Assembly (NCBI GenBank): GCA_044359815.1
Contig: JBIKLL010000015.1
Span: 1-48,905 of the forward strand
DNA: 48,905 bases
From: Pseudobdellovibrionaceae bacterium
GTDB taxonomy: Bacteria > Bdellovibrionota > Bdellovibrionia > Bdellovibrionales > Bdellovibrionaceae
Direction of reading: 5' to 3'
Shown here: positions 17,185 through 27,390 of the stretch, piece by piece
Layout: every line of letters starts with the position of its first letter
Numbering within the stretch: position 1 is the first letter of the stretch
Program-made: the position numbers and the translations under genes
The notes under the pieces: generated by a model
The model's database searches: none
Seen by the model: the letters and a program-made list of their open reading frames with translations, nothing else
Told to the model about the DNA's origin: nothing

Positions 17185-17793
17185 CTATTTCTTCTCGAAG
17201 CAAGAATTTTTTGATGAATCAAAGGATTTTGAATCGCACTCCGACAAATCAGAAAAAGACAGTTCTTTATTGATCACTGCTTGTATGCATACCAATTTGT
17301 CTCTTGTAGAGTCCATTTTTGCACAAATCCCTTTAGCTTCAGGATTGACGAATTTAAAACTATCTTCCAAAGCATTTTTGCATTTATCTACATCCGAAGA
17401 AAAAGAGAACATCAAACTCTCGCAGACCTTTCTTGCAGATTGTTGTCCGCCGCCATAATATCCACCAACAGAAACTCCAGAAGATTCCAAACACTCTGTC
17501 TTGCTACTTTCAAATGCTTCTTTCTGACATTTCAAAAGTTCTGAGTTTCGATATTTTTTACTCTTAATTATTTCAAGGCATTTCAATTTGCCATCATCAA
17601 ATGAAAATTTAGAACAGATTAAAATAGCATTTTCATTCACAAAACCAACTTCATCGGTAGCTGATTTGCATTTTTCTTTTGATGAAGAAAACGTCAAATT
17701 CAAAGCACTGCAGACTATTTCAGGGTTGCGCATTTCTGCCTTCACCGACTGAGAAAGACCCATCATAAAAACAACTGAAAAAAGAAGCTTCAT
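17185..17793 (-). CDS. Secreted Cys-rich protein with two internal repeats
   Basis: Start reassigned to ATG 17793 (GGAG RBS, signal peptide). VCSALNLTFSSSKEKCKSA and VCESLMFSFSSDVDKCKNA begin two homologous ~85-aa halves. Confidence 0.78.
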   Translation of the reverse strand: MKLLFSVVFMMGLSQSVKAEMRNPEIVCSALNLTFSSSKEKCKSATDEVGFVNENAILICSKFSFDDGKLKCLEIIKSKKYRNSELLKCQKEAFESSKTECLESSGVSVGGYYGGGQQSARKVCESLMFSFSSDVDKCKNALEDSFKFVNPEAKGICAKMDSTRDKLVCIQAVINKELSFSDLSECDSKSFDSSKNSCFEKK

Positions 17794-17927
17794 AATACAC
17801 TCCAAAGGTATTGACTTAAAGTGAATGAAATCTAACAGCAAATCAGGGGTTTGAGAAGGTGTTGGGATTTTAGACAGATTAAATTTACACTGTGAATCTA
17901 GTTTAATCGAAAATAACCTAGTTAAAA

Positions 17928-18824
17928 TCAATGAATCAAAAAAGCATTTTCGCATTTGTTAACAGTTTCTATTCCAACTCGGTCATTGTGAACGACATAA
18001 TATTGTTCAGCAGTACGAACGATCACTGTGGATCCTGTCGTGTCCACGCCAGAACCAGGCATCGAGTATCGAACATCTTCGGCTGTGAAACCAGTGCGAC
18101 TGATAACATCCAATAAAATCCATTTTGGCCGGGCCGAGCCAATATCCAATAACGCTAATAAATCGACCAATATTTCAAAATTATAATTAAATCTGTCAAA
18201 ACTTTTTTGACTGCGAAAAACCACATTGCCATCTGAATCCACAACGGCATCGTTAAACATATGTCGCAGCCAAGACTCGTAGGAAGAAAATCTTTGCATT
18301 TTTTCAAAGCCTGAACGCAATGGTGTTCTGAGCCGAGTCCAATCAGTGGTCTTTAAACTCTTTAAGGAAAAATTTGCCACCACATTTTTTTGTGAATCAA
18401 CCACAATACCATCATAGGCTGGCACTGTTTTACCCTGCCAAGATCCAATGAGTACAATCGTTAATCCGTATTTACCGTAAAGCAACTCAGACATTTTTCG
18501 CACTGATTCGATTTCGTGGTCCTCGCCGGTACCAACTACCAACACTCCGTTTTCAGCAGGAGCCTTCAAAAATTTTTCCAACGGACGCGCCGCCTGCACC
18601 CGTTCGCTTAGATAGGCTAAAAGCGAATCCACTGTCAGCGGAATATGTGGGGGAATTCGGGCCTGCGATTGCAGTGCCGCTAACGATATGATCACAAAAA
18701 TCAATGCTATTAAATTCAGGGTAGGCCTTAAATACTTGAAGTTGCCAAATAACGGCCTACCGGTGACCAACATCTGATCAAGAAGTGCCATTAAAATGCG
18801 TCTAAGCCCGGAGCTTTGAAACAT
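17928..18824 (-). CDS. Hypothetical exported protein, possible restriction-endonuclease-like fold
   Basis: Hydrophobic N-terminal segment and E..E...PAYDG...NFSLK pattern. The start codon is uncertain. Confidence 0.6.
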   Translation of the reverse strand: MFQSSGLRRILMALLDQMLVTGRPLFGNFKYLRPTLNLIALIFVIISLAALQSQARIPPHIPLTVDSLLAYLSERVQAARPLEKFLKAPAENGVLVVGTGEDHEIESVRKMSELLYGKYGLTIVLIGSWQGKTVPAYDGIVVDSQKNVVANFSLKSLKTTDWTRLRTPLRSGFEKMQRFSSYESWLRHMFNDAVVDSDGNVVFRSQKSFDRFNYNFEILVDLLALLDIGSARPKWILLDVISRTGFTAEDVRYSMPGSGVDTTGSTVIVRTAEQYYVVHNDRVGIETVNKCENAFLIH

Positions 18825-18886
18825 TATTTTTCAAGCTGAAATATCCGTGCCCGCATTTTTTGCGACAGTGGTGTCGCTGACTTCTT

Positions 18887-20179
18887 TTAAGGACCGCAGC
18901 TTGGGCCAACGCCTGGAACTATTGGACAAGGTTTGCAAGTCGCATCACCGTATTCGATAAAGCCATTGATATCATCCACACACCCACGAGAGCCTGAGCC
19001 ACCCCAACCACCGCCGGCAGCAGTAACATTGATCGCCCCACCCGTCCAAGTTGCTGACGTGTAGTGAAATTTTCTTCCGCCATGTCTGAATTCGACAAGC
19101 TTTCCATCGTTCTGCAATCGCAAAGGATAATCATTTGAGTGATCTGCACAAATACCATTCTGAAACAGATTCCCAGATGAGGTATTGGTAGAAAAATTGT
19201 GATTTAAAATTAGAGCCTTCACAGTGCCCGCAGGCAGAGCGCTCAGCTCGGTGATTCTGCTGTCAGAAAAGGTAACACTGCATGTGCCATTGGTACCAGT
19301 AGCCAAACATTTGGTTACGCCCAACTCATCAGCCAATCGGAAAGCCTGATACAAACAGTTGCCCTTATTATTTAAAACCAATGGCGGCGGGGTAGTCGTG
19401 GTCGTTGACGTAGTCACTACCGGGGGCAGAGTTGTTGGTACCGGTGGAACCACAGACACAGGGGGAACAGGCACAGGGTTTTGATTGGAAGCCGTTTTAA
19501 ATTCCACACAGGATTCTAATTTGGGTAATTGTGATTGAACACAGGCCAACCATCGACCACCAGCTAATCTGGCTTCTAAGGCATCATTATAAACAAACTG
19601 CGCAGATCCCAAATTAATAATTTCAGTCTGTGGAATCAAAGTCTTGGAACTCACTTTAGCAAATGCCATTGTAGAGTTTTGATATTTAGCAGAATTAGTC
19701 TGAAATGTTGGATCAGAAACCTGTATTGGACCACCCGGTGCAAACTCAATATTAACATCAATTACAGGGGTAGCAATCTCATATCCTAAACTCTCTAAAT
19801 CAATTTCAGCAGTGGCATCAACCGAACGCCCTTCGTTAAGCAGTGGGCTGACGGCAGTGACCTCGCTGGCAGGATTGGCATCCAAAGTCCATGGTTGCAT
19901 ATTGGTAGCGGTAGCCTTTCCACCGATCAGAATCAGCTTAGACTCTGCTGGATTCAGCCCATTGGCTAGCACAGCCTCTGATCCGCTGACTTCTACCGTA
20001 TAGGTTTGACCTTTTTCCAAGGTCACTGATGGCTGCCCGTTGACCTTCATCAGTAAATAGTCTGATTCAGACAGTAGTGATTCTAAACTGTTAAAATTAA
20101 CCTGCGAGCAGTTTTGAAAAAACACCGCAGAAACCGCTAATGCAATACACATCGATTTAACATTATTTAGCTTTCCCAT
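18887..20179 (-). CDS. FQNC lipoprotein, paralog of 31385-32968, with Cys/Gly-rich C-terminal domain
   Basis: FFQNCSQVNFNS start, conserved N-terminal domain and Pro/Thr linker. Confidence 0.85.
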   Translation of the reverse strand: MGKLNNVKSMCIALAVSAVFFQNCSQVNFNSLESLLSESDYLLMKVNGQPSVTLEKGQTYTVEVSGSEAVLANGLNPAESKLILIGGKATATNMQPWTLDANPASEVTAVSPLLNEGRSVDATAEIDLESLGYEIATPVIDVNIEFAPGGPIQVSDPTFQTNSAKYQNSTMAFAKVSSKTLIPQTEIINLGSAQFVYNDALEARLAGGRWLACVQSQLPKLESCVEFKTASNQNPVPVPPVSVVPPVPTTLPPVVTTSTTTTTPPPLVLNNKGNCLYQAFRLADELGVTKCLATGTNGTCSVTFSDSRITELSALPAGTVKALILNHNFSTNTSSGNLFQNGICADHSNDYPLRLQNDGKLVEFRHGGRKFHYTSATWTGGAINVTAAGGGWGGSGSRGCVDDINGFIEYGDATCKPCPIVPGVGPSCGP

Positions 20180-20423
20180 TTTACACTCCGTTACCGATAC
20201 CTTAATGCAACAGAGATACCCGCCAAATGCGATAGGCGTCGTGCTGGAACAACCTAAATGTCGAAAATTTTGAATTAGTCTACTGCCTGTACATTTTTGA
20301 GTGTCTCAGAACGATACTGCTCAATGCGACTGTCTAACAAAATTTGTCCCCTGTTAGTTTTCAGACCATGGCTGTTTTGTATATTCCCTCTTATTGGGTT
20401 CTTTCTTTGCAATCTGTTAAGGT

Positions 20424-23400
20424 ATGACTTCTATTTTGTTAAAAATCATAATGACTCCCTTTTTTGTGGCCCAAGCTTTTTCTGGTTCCTCTGATGATTG
20501 CATCATCATGGTCAAGCCAGATATGCCACAGGCTTTGATTTCACAGATGTCAAAAAAAGGATACAGAGTCATTCAAGCTCCTATTAAAATCGATCAAACT
20601 TTAAAAATTGGAATTCACACTCCCCGATCAACAGACCTGCTCAGTGCTTGGAAGCAGATTCCGGCAAATAGCTTTATAATTTCAGAACACACTGAATACG
20701 GCAGTTGGGATTTAGCTAAATTGTTTCCCAAAAAAACATGGAATTTACATTTTCGATCACCTGATTTCCCTGAATCCGTGGGCACCTTTAACACTCAATT
20801 AATTGGGCTTTCTAACCTGGGGCACACTGAAGATGCATTAAAAAACTTTCCAAGCTGCAAAAATATTTTTCAGTTTAAAGACAGGTTTCGAAGATCCTTC
20901 GCCATAGACAGAATTGCCGGACATTTCGCATATCAGGTCAAAAATCACAATCGACCCCAACCGACTATGGATTGGGCCAAAATGATTTTGATGTTTGAAA
21001 ATCTGCTCAGGCATTCAAAAACTCAATTGGCCTACGAAAGGGCTCAGTATGAACATCAGCTATTTACTGATAAAACAGAGTCATTAAAATCCAGTCTTGC
21101 AACAATCAAAGATCCCAAAAAACAATTAGAAGTTTACCGACAATCAGTTTTGGCATCATTTCCGGTTGAAAAATATGTAAGAGCTTATGATGTGATGCAA
21201 ACATATTTTTTGCAGACTAAACCCGGTGGAAATTGCGTGTCCCAAACAATGTTGTTTACGACTGTAGCAAAAAATGTTGGATTAAAAATGGATCCTAACT
21301 GGACTCAGGGTGTGCAACTATTCAGTGACCATATCAGACCTGTCTTGGTGAACTTAAAAGCCAAAAAGGTTTTTGATCTTGTCTACGGAAAAATGGACAA
21401 CGAAATAGTGACCCCAGTGCTAAAACCAGAATTTATATTGCTGCAAGCACTGCAATCCCTCAAGCGCAATTACACAGGTTTCGCTACGGACCTAACAACG
21501 ATTTTAGACAAAAATTTTGTAACATCTGAACTTTTGATTCATCCAGGAAAAATGACCCTGTCCGAAATCAAAAATGCTCTTGATTTGTCAGACGATATGA
21601 AAGCAAACTCATTGGGCAATTTAGAATCCGACACCAGTATGTCCCAAGGCAATTTAGAACCCGACACCAGTAAGTCCAAAGGTAATTCGAAACACAACAA
21701 CAGTGTGTCCAAAGGTAATTCAAAAGCCTCCAACAGTATGTCCAAAGACAATAGAGCAAACCTGTACTCAGACATTTTACCTGGCATTCGCCAAGAATTT
21801 AACAACCGGACTCCTCCTGAATCAGCACAGTTAGTATTCTTGCAAAACAGCGATCTGGACGCAGAAGGAACTCTGTTCACAAGCCTGAATGCATCACCGG
21901 ATGCAAACAATGATGTGACTGTCAGTGAAAATACTGTTAGCGAAATCGTATCACACCTGAATTCAATCAAAGATTTTGTCAACGACTCCGACCGTAAACA
22001 TATCGACGATCTGGCCAGATCCAATCTAAAATCTGCAGACTTAAATAAATTTTTAAACAGCCTCAAGATCACAAAAGAATTTTATTCTAAACCAAAATTT
22101 ATCATCGATAGTTCCTATAATTACACGGCTTTTAATTATCCATTTAGGGTCGTAGATGAGGGAAAATATTTAGAACAAAAATCCAATGATCCCATTGGCA
22201 GTTTAATTAAAAGCACCGAAAATCACACAAGAATTCGATGGTGGTATATTAATGGTAAAATCCAGCTGAGAGTCCCAGATACAGTTGTCATAGTGCCGGA
22301 TCAAGAAACTTTTGATTTATTGAAATCCATTCCGATGATTGATTTTGATCGTTACTTATTTGATGAAGAACTCAGGCGCGATGAAGCTTTATATGAGTAT
22401 TTAAAAGCCAGTCATTTTACAGAAAAACTGCAGAATCCTGAATCATTGGCACTTTTGCCCAGCAGCAAACTGGCAATGTGGACAGATGCATTTGATCAAT
22501 TATACTTAAACGGAATAGTACGCGCCAAGGCAGCTTCAGATAGTACTCGTTGGTGCAACGCAGGTTATTTAATGTTTTTCAATAAGGATCTTGGTAATCG
22601 ATTGGTTAAATCACTTTCGATGGCCAACGATAAACTCAAAGAAAATCATGCTCAGTTTATCCAAAATTTTGCCAAAAGAAATTCCCAGGACCAAAAAACA
22701 ATAGTTAATTTATTTAAATCATTAAACACATATGTATTTGAATCTTTGGTTGAAGTTGGTCAAAATGGAGATACTTGGCTCAATGGAAATTGCATTGACA
22801 CAAAGCCGCTGCTGGATTTTGATGGACGCCATTCACTGGAAAAACTGCTTCCGATCAGAAGCCTTATAGTCAGTATGTTCACGGATCCTAAAATTATTTA
22901 TACTCCTCTGAAAATTGAGCCTTTAAAAAGTTTAAACTTTAAAAAATATGGCAGATTACAACCTTTGCCCGCAGGACCTACAATAAAATCAGAAACTGGA
23001 CAAATTCCCCACAGCACAGGAAATGGATCAGGAATCAATATTGATGGAACCACTCTAGAACTGATTTCCGAGGAACAATACCAAGAAATCCAAAAACAAT
23101 CTCCACAACGTCAAGCCAGCCGATTGGAAAAACTTAAAGCTCGAGAAATCGTGTCTCTACAGCCAGAAACATTTGCGCGGCTGATTTTATTGGCGGACCA
23201 AGAATTTCTAACCCACAGAATGGTGCAATTTATGATTGCAGCTCACACCAATGAAGGGGTTCAAAAAGAAATTACATCCTCTGGAGCCTCGCTCTTTCCA
23301 TGGGCCAATATTCCCGCTCTGGCCTTTTTGAATATTTCTGCAAACACAAACACTCAAAAGCAGTGCGCATATAAGCTTGGATACCCGGCAGGCACCCCAT

Positions 23401-24107
23401 TCAAAGACGTCAAAAAGGCTTTGGAACACTCAAAAACCCAAAGCATACTTTTAGAAACCTACTTTACAACAGCCCAATCTGGATTTTTTAAAATTAATCA
23501 TCCACATATATTGACTCATGCGCCTGATTGGGTTCGACAAAATGATCATCTGGTTTTTTTGTGGGAATTAATTAAATCCCAAGGCGAAGCAGATCTCATT
23601 GCCCCATATGTTACAAACTTTGGAACTTCAGGAACATTAATCAAATACCCAAAATGGTTTAATTCTTTGATTGTTAAGATGGGTGAAGAAGCTGGTAAAA
23701 CCAATTCTTTAATAAACACAGCAGGTAGCAAGTATTCTTTCGAGTCAAAAACCATAATGAATAGTGAATCCATTCTTAAATCGACCATGCCCTGGATTCA
23801 TCTAGAAATATTTAATGGCGGGTGGTCCATTATACGACAAGTTCAAGCATCGTCGGTTGTGGATTCTTTCGAATCAAGCTTTTACACTGATCCCGAATCA
23901 AAAGAAGTGACTTTTCTAGGCTTTGAATTTGGCTCAGGTCAGTTAATTATGGCCCATTACGGTGAAAACAACCAATTACATAAAAGCATACTTTTACAAC
24001 CCAAAGACTTTGTATTTCGCGGGACGCAAAACCACCAAACCTTGGGTGCCAGAAAAGTTTTGGCTAATCCAAACAATAAACTGCCACAAGACTGCAACGA
24101 AAATTAA
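20424..24107 (+). CDS. Large secreted protein with a putative transglutaminase-like Cys-His-Asp domain
   Basis: 1227-aa ORF with signal peptide. GGNCVSQT...DHIRPV...VFDL spacing resembles the transglutaminase-like catalytic triad. Confidence 0.65.
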   Translation: MTSILLKIIMTPFFVAQAFSGSSDDCIIMVKPDMPQALISQMSKKGYRVIQAPIKIDQTLKIGIHTPRSTDLLSAWKQIPANSFIISEHTEYGSWDLAKLFPKKTWNLHFRSPDFPESVGTFNTQLIGLSNLGHTEDALKNFPSCKNIFQFKDRFRRSFAIDRIAGHFAYQVKNHNRPQPTMDWAKMILMFENLLRHSKTQLAYERAQYEHQLFTDKTESLKSSLATIKDPKKQLEVYRQSVLASFPVEKYVRAYDVMQTYFLQTKPGGNCVSQTMLFTTVAKNVGLKMDPNWTQGVQLFSDHIRPVLVNLKAKKVFDLVYGKMDNEIVTPVLKPEFILLQALQSLKRNYTGFATDLTTILDKNFVTSELLIHPGKMTLSEIKNALDLSDDMKANSLGNLESDTSMSQGNLEPDTSKSKGNSKHNNSVSKGNSKASNSMSKDNRANLYSDILPGIRQEFNNRTPPESAQLVFLQNSDLDAEGTLFTSLNASPDANNDVTVSENTVSEIVSHLNSIKDFVNDSDRKHIDDLARSNLKSADLNKFLNSLKITKEFYSKPKFIIDSSYNYTAFNYPFRVVDEGKYLEQKSNDPIGSLIKSTENHTRIRWWYINGKIQLRVPDTVVIVPDQETFDLLKSIPMIDFDRYLFDEELRRDEALYEYLKASHFTEKLQNPESLALLPSSKLAMWTDAFDQLYLNGIVRAKAASDSTRWCNAGYLMFFNKDLGNRLVKSLSMANDKLKENHAQFIQNFAKRNSQDQKTIVNLFKSLNTYVFESLVEVGQNGDTWLNGNCIDTKPLLDFDGRHSLEKLLPIRSLIVSMFTDPKIIYTPLKIEPLKSLNFKKYGRLQPLPAGPTIKSETGQIPHSTGNGSGINIDGTTLELISEEQYQEIQKQSPQRQASRLEKLKAREIVSLQPETFARLILLADQEFLTHRMVQFMIAAHTNEGVQKEITSSGASLFPWANIPALAFLNISANTNTQKQCAYKLGYPAGTPFKDVKKALEHSKTQSILLETYFTTAQSGFFKINHPHILTHAPDWVRQNDHLVFLWELIKSQGEADLIAPYVTNFGTSGTLIKYPKWFNSLIVKMGEEAGKTNSLINTAGSKYSFESKTIMNSESILKSTMPWIHLEIFNGGWSIIRQVQASSVVDSFESSFYTDPESKEVTFLGFEFGSGQLIMAHYGENNQLHKSILLQPKDFVFRGTQNHQTLGARKVLANPNNKLPQDCNEN
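21615..21746 (+). repeat. In-frame tandem repeat, 4 x 33 bp (degenerate)
   Basis: Units start at 21615, 21648, 21681 and 21714 and encode GNLESDTSMSQ, GNLEPDTSKSK, GNSKHNNSVSK and GNSKASNSMSK. Confidence 0.9.
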
Positions 24108-24110
24108 GCC

Positions 24111-24578
24111 TTACTCGCTAATTTCTAGGGAGCGAATTTTTGGGTTGTTTGATTTTTTGATCGAATAACCGATGAGCCACTGATTGGATGCGATTTGATC
24201 TTCGACGTCAGCCTCAGATTTTGCCTGCACTGGGGGAACTGATTTCCCAGTGAAAATCATTCGCGACCAATACCGTTTCATGTCGATTCTGGAATTTCCG
24301 ACCACTCGTTTATAAAATAAATCCCTGACTTCAGAAAGCTCGGGCCCATCCAGTGGCTGATAACTTTCGTTATCCCTAATCAACTCACCCTGCTTTAAAA
24401 ATAAAATTCTCAGCTCACCCCTGCTGATGGAATTCACTTTTGACTGAACATTCACCAAAGCAAAAATCTTCTGATCAGAATCAGCTTTTGGATTGTTAGC
24501 CCAAGACACATTTAAAAAAATCATCATGGATAGGGCAACAGTTAAACTAAATATTTGAAACACTCTCATTCTCATCAT
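24111..24578 (-). CDS. Small periplasmic-binding-protein-like protein (often annotated as phosphate ABC substrate-binding)
   Basis: IS..EL..LFL, R..FY..V.G, YWSRMIFTGK..PP and IGY motifs. Follows a porin gene. Confidence 0.75.
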   Translation of the reverse strand: MMRMRVFQIFSLTVALSMMIFLNVSWANNPKADSDQKIFALVNVQSKVNSISRGELRILFLKQGELIRDNESYQPLDGPELSEVRDLFYKRVVGNSRIDMKRYWSRMIFTGKSVPPVQAKSEADVEDQIASNQWLIGYSIKKSNNPKIRSLEISE

Positions 24579-24583
24579 TACCC

Positions 24584-25741
24584 CTAAAACACGATATCCG
24601 TTAAAATTGTGTAAACATTGAAATCATTTTTATCACTACCGTTTAAGGACCTATTGTAAGATTCAATAAAACTGGTTACACCGGTTTTAACAACAATATT
24701 TTCAAATCCATAATAATTCATACTGATCGCATAGGCTTCGCTTTTTGTTATTTTGGTCTGACCTAAGGGATCATTGGTTACAGTAAAATTAGCTCCATCC
24801 AAAGAGCTCTTCTGCGAATAAGTCACAAAAGGGGTCCAATCGCCCATTTTATAACCATAGGAAAAATATCCACCTTCAAAATAATTTATGTTGTCTGGAC
24901 TGATTGCTAAATTTGCATACTCTGTGGCAAAAACTGAATTTCCAAAAGTTCCATTTAATCCGACGGATTTCATTTCTCCGTTTTTATGTTTGACCGAGCT
25001 GTAGATTCCTACATTCGGCACACCCAAGGTTGTCGTCACGATATCAGTAGCTGTCCGAGAACGCGAATAACCAATCCTAAACGTCCAGCTGTTGCGATCA
25101 TATCTAATTTCACTGGCAACTAAATCATCAATTTTTACATGTGTTTTGATATTTGCCTTGGTTAAACCTCCTGAGCCATTTGGTATTGTTTGCGTCGTCA
25201 TAGCTGGAAACGCGGATGCTCCGTAAATAACCTGAACAGACAAAACACCATCAGCCATAGGTTTTACGTATCTAATACCTGCACCATCAGCATTTCGCAA
25301 AGTCGCCGTTGAATACAACAGAGTCGGCGGTCTAATCCATGGCGAATTATAACCAATGCTTTGCTCTTCGCTATAAAGCCAAATTGGTGCTACCACTCGG
25401 CCCATTAAAATCTCAAATCCAGTGTTATCAATCTTGGACGCTAAAAAAGCCAAATCGACTTCTGGCGAAAAGCTGTTCCTGTCACCCAACATCACTGTTT
25501 GAAAGGCAAATCGTTTCGATCCCCCCAAGGACTTAGTAACATTAAATCCAATTTTCGAATCACGGGTAAAGCTTGTGCTATTATATTCTTCGGTTCCAAA
25601 ATCATTAAATCTTTCGTTTGAATCAATAACAGAGGCCCCAAAAGTTCCAAATCCCGTAAACAGAGTTTGGTCCGTGTTGATTCCCCAAGAATATTGTCCA
25701 ACTAACAGCATCATGGTCCAGACCAGGCTTGTTTTAATCAT
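24584..25741 (-). CDS. Outer-membrane porin-like beta-barrel
   Basis: Signal peptide, F.GFGT.G, GR...P.WLYSE...GY..PWIRPP motif and terminal Phe. Confidence 0.8.
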   Translation of the reverse strand: MIKTSLVWTMMLLVGQYSWGINTDQTLFTGFGTFGASVIDSNERFNDFGTEEYNSTSFTRDSKIGFNVTKSLGGSKRFAFQTVMLGDRNSFSPEVDLAFLASKIDNTGFEILMGRVVAPIWLYSEEQSIGYNSPWIRPPTLLYSTATLRNADGAGIRYVKPMADGVLSVQVIYGASAFPAMTTQTIPNGSGGLTKANIKTHVKIDDLVASEIRYDRNSWTFRIGYSRSRTATDIVTTTLGVPNVGIYSSVKHKNGEMKSVGLNGTFGNSVFATEYANLAISPDNINYFEGGYFSYGYKMGDWTPFVTYSQKSSLDGANFTVTNDPLGQTKITKSEAYAISMNYYGFENIVVKTGVTSFIESYNRSLNGSDKNDFNVYTILTDIVF

Positions 25742-25785
25742 TAATAAACTCCCTCAAAGTATTTAGCCAATTAGAACATAAATAT

Positions 25786-27240
25786 TTGATAAATATAATG
25801 TTAACGCCAAGCTGCATACTTAAGGTATTTTCAGCAAAATCCGATTTTAACATTGTGAAAATCTCTCTCAGGTTAGCCTTATTTCTGGCAGCAACTCAAT
25901 TGACGTTGATCGTAGTGTCTTCGCTATTTGTGTATCAAAAAATTAAAAATGAAATCAGATCTGATTTTTCATTGCAAGCTGACAAAATCATCTGCGGATT
26001 CTCGGATGACATCGAGGGTATTCTGATCGAAAAACAATCTGAGCTGAAAAAATTTTTGGATGATCGGGTGACTCATTTTGGATTGTCATTTTTAAAGGTC
26101 ATCGATCACGGATCCAACAAAACCTGGGAAGCTGAAAATCTCCACTCTCATACAACTTCAAATCAATCAGCTTCCAATGCTAAAAATACTTACAGCTCAT
26201 TTTGCGAAATCCCAGGCTTTCCTGATTTTGAGCTGACCGGCGGAATCAGTTATGAAAACCTAGCAAGTCTGGAAAATTCCATTGTCAAAAATATTTATGT
26301 CACAATTTTTGGACAAATAGTTTTGCTATTAGCTGTTACTTTTTATTTAGCTTACTTTATTCAGTACCGAACGGCCCCTATTTTATCTGTGTGTAATAGA
26401 ATTTCCAATGGCGATCTGGAAGCTCGAGTTCCCATCGAAGGCCGCGACGAGCTAACTCAAATTGCTGAAAGCATTAATTTGATGGCGTCAGGATTATTGC
26501 TCCACAATCAAACTGCCCACTCACAATCAAAGCTGGTTGCATTAGGTGAGATGGCTGGTGGCATTGCCCACGAAATCAATAACCCCCTGGCAATCATTTC
26601 ATCCAGAGCCACGTTGCTAAAAACTTTGGCTCAAAAAGCACCTCCAGAATTTGCTGAAAAATTAGCCCTTGAAGCAGACAAAATCGACAATGTTGTTCAA
26701 AGGATAGCAAAAATCGTTAAAGGACTTTTGAATTTTGCCAGAAACCAAAACTCTGCACCCTTGGCAACTACAACAGTGCAAGCGTTAATTGATGAAACAC
26801 TAACCCTGTGTCTGGAAAAATTCACCAGTCACCATGTTAAACTGCATCTGGAAATCCCAAAGGACTTAGTGGTCAGCGTTCGGCAAACAGAAATGACTCA
26901 AGTTTTGCTGAACCTTTTAAACAATTCATTTTATGCAATCAAAGACCTGCAGGACAAATGGATCAAGGTTTCGGCGCAGAAAAATTCAGAAAAAATCGAA
27001 ATCCTGGTTTCTGACAGCGGCCCAGGGATTCCACCTGAAATTGCTGAAAAAATCATGCAGCCCTTTTACACTACAAAACCTGTGGGTGAAGGCACTGGCT
27101 TGGGCTTAAGTATTTCTTTGGGAATCATTCAGTCATTCCAAGGTCGCTTGGAACTGCTAAAGGACACACAAAACACGACTTTCAAAATCACCCTTCCCGT
27201 TTCAACCGAAGTTGTTTCTAAAAACACGGCCGCTGCCTGA
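25786..27240 (+). CDS. Membrane sensor histidine kinase (2 TM, HAMP, HisKA, HATPase)
   Basis: GRDEL HAMP, LGEMAGGIAHEINNPL H-box, NLL.N, D.GPGI, PFYTTK and GTGLGL. The true start may be ~25855. Confidence 0.92.
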   Translation: MINIMLTPSCILKVFSAKSDFNIVKISLRLALFLAATQLTLIVVSSLFVYQKIKNEIRSDFSLQADKIICGFSDDIEGILIEKQSELKKFLDDRVTHFGLSFLKVIDHGSNKTWEAENLHSHTTSNQSASNAKNTYSSFCEIPGFPDFELTGGISYENLASLENSIVKNIYVTIFGQIVLLLAVTFYLAYFIQYRTAPILSVCNRISNGDLEARVPIEGRDELTQIAESINLMASGLLLHNQTAHSQSKLVALGEMAGGIAHEINNPLAIISSRATLLKTLAQKAPPEFAEKLALEADKIDNVVQRIAKIVKGLLNFARNQNSAPLATTTVQALIDETLTLCLEKFTSHHVKLHLEIPKDLVVSVRQTEMTQVLLNLLNNSFYAIKDLQDKWIKVSAQKNSEKIEILVSDSGPGIPPEIAEKIMQPFYTTKPVGEGTGLGLSISLGIIQSFQGRLELLKDTQNTTFKITLPVSTEVVSKNTAAA

Positions 27241-27321
27241 AATAAATTTATGGGACTTTGTAACAGTCCACCGGATTGAAAATTCAAAATCAACTAACAC
27301 ATCATACAGGCTATAAATCCC

Positions 27322-27337
27322 GGGCACAGCCATTGCA
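27322..27337 (+). promoter_or_regulatory. Putative sigma-54 (-24/-12) promoter
   Basis: GGGCAC-AGCCA-TTGCA with exact GG-N10-GC spacing, ~55 bp upstream of the ATG at 27391. Confidence 0.6.
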
Positions 27338-27390
27338 AATACGGCTGCAAAGCAAAGTCAAAATGACACCAAATTTTCGGGGGGATATCC

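Noticed and set aside
21539..22072. 177-aa minus-strand ORF with Leu-rich repeats
   Set aside because: Antisense reading of the 33-bp tandem repeat inside the 1227-aa gene.
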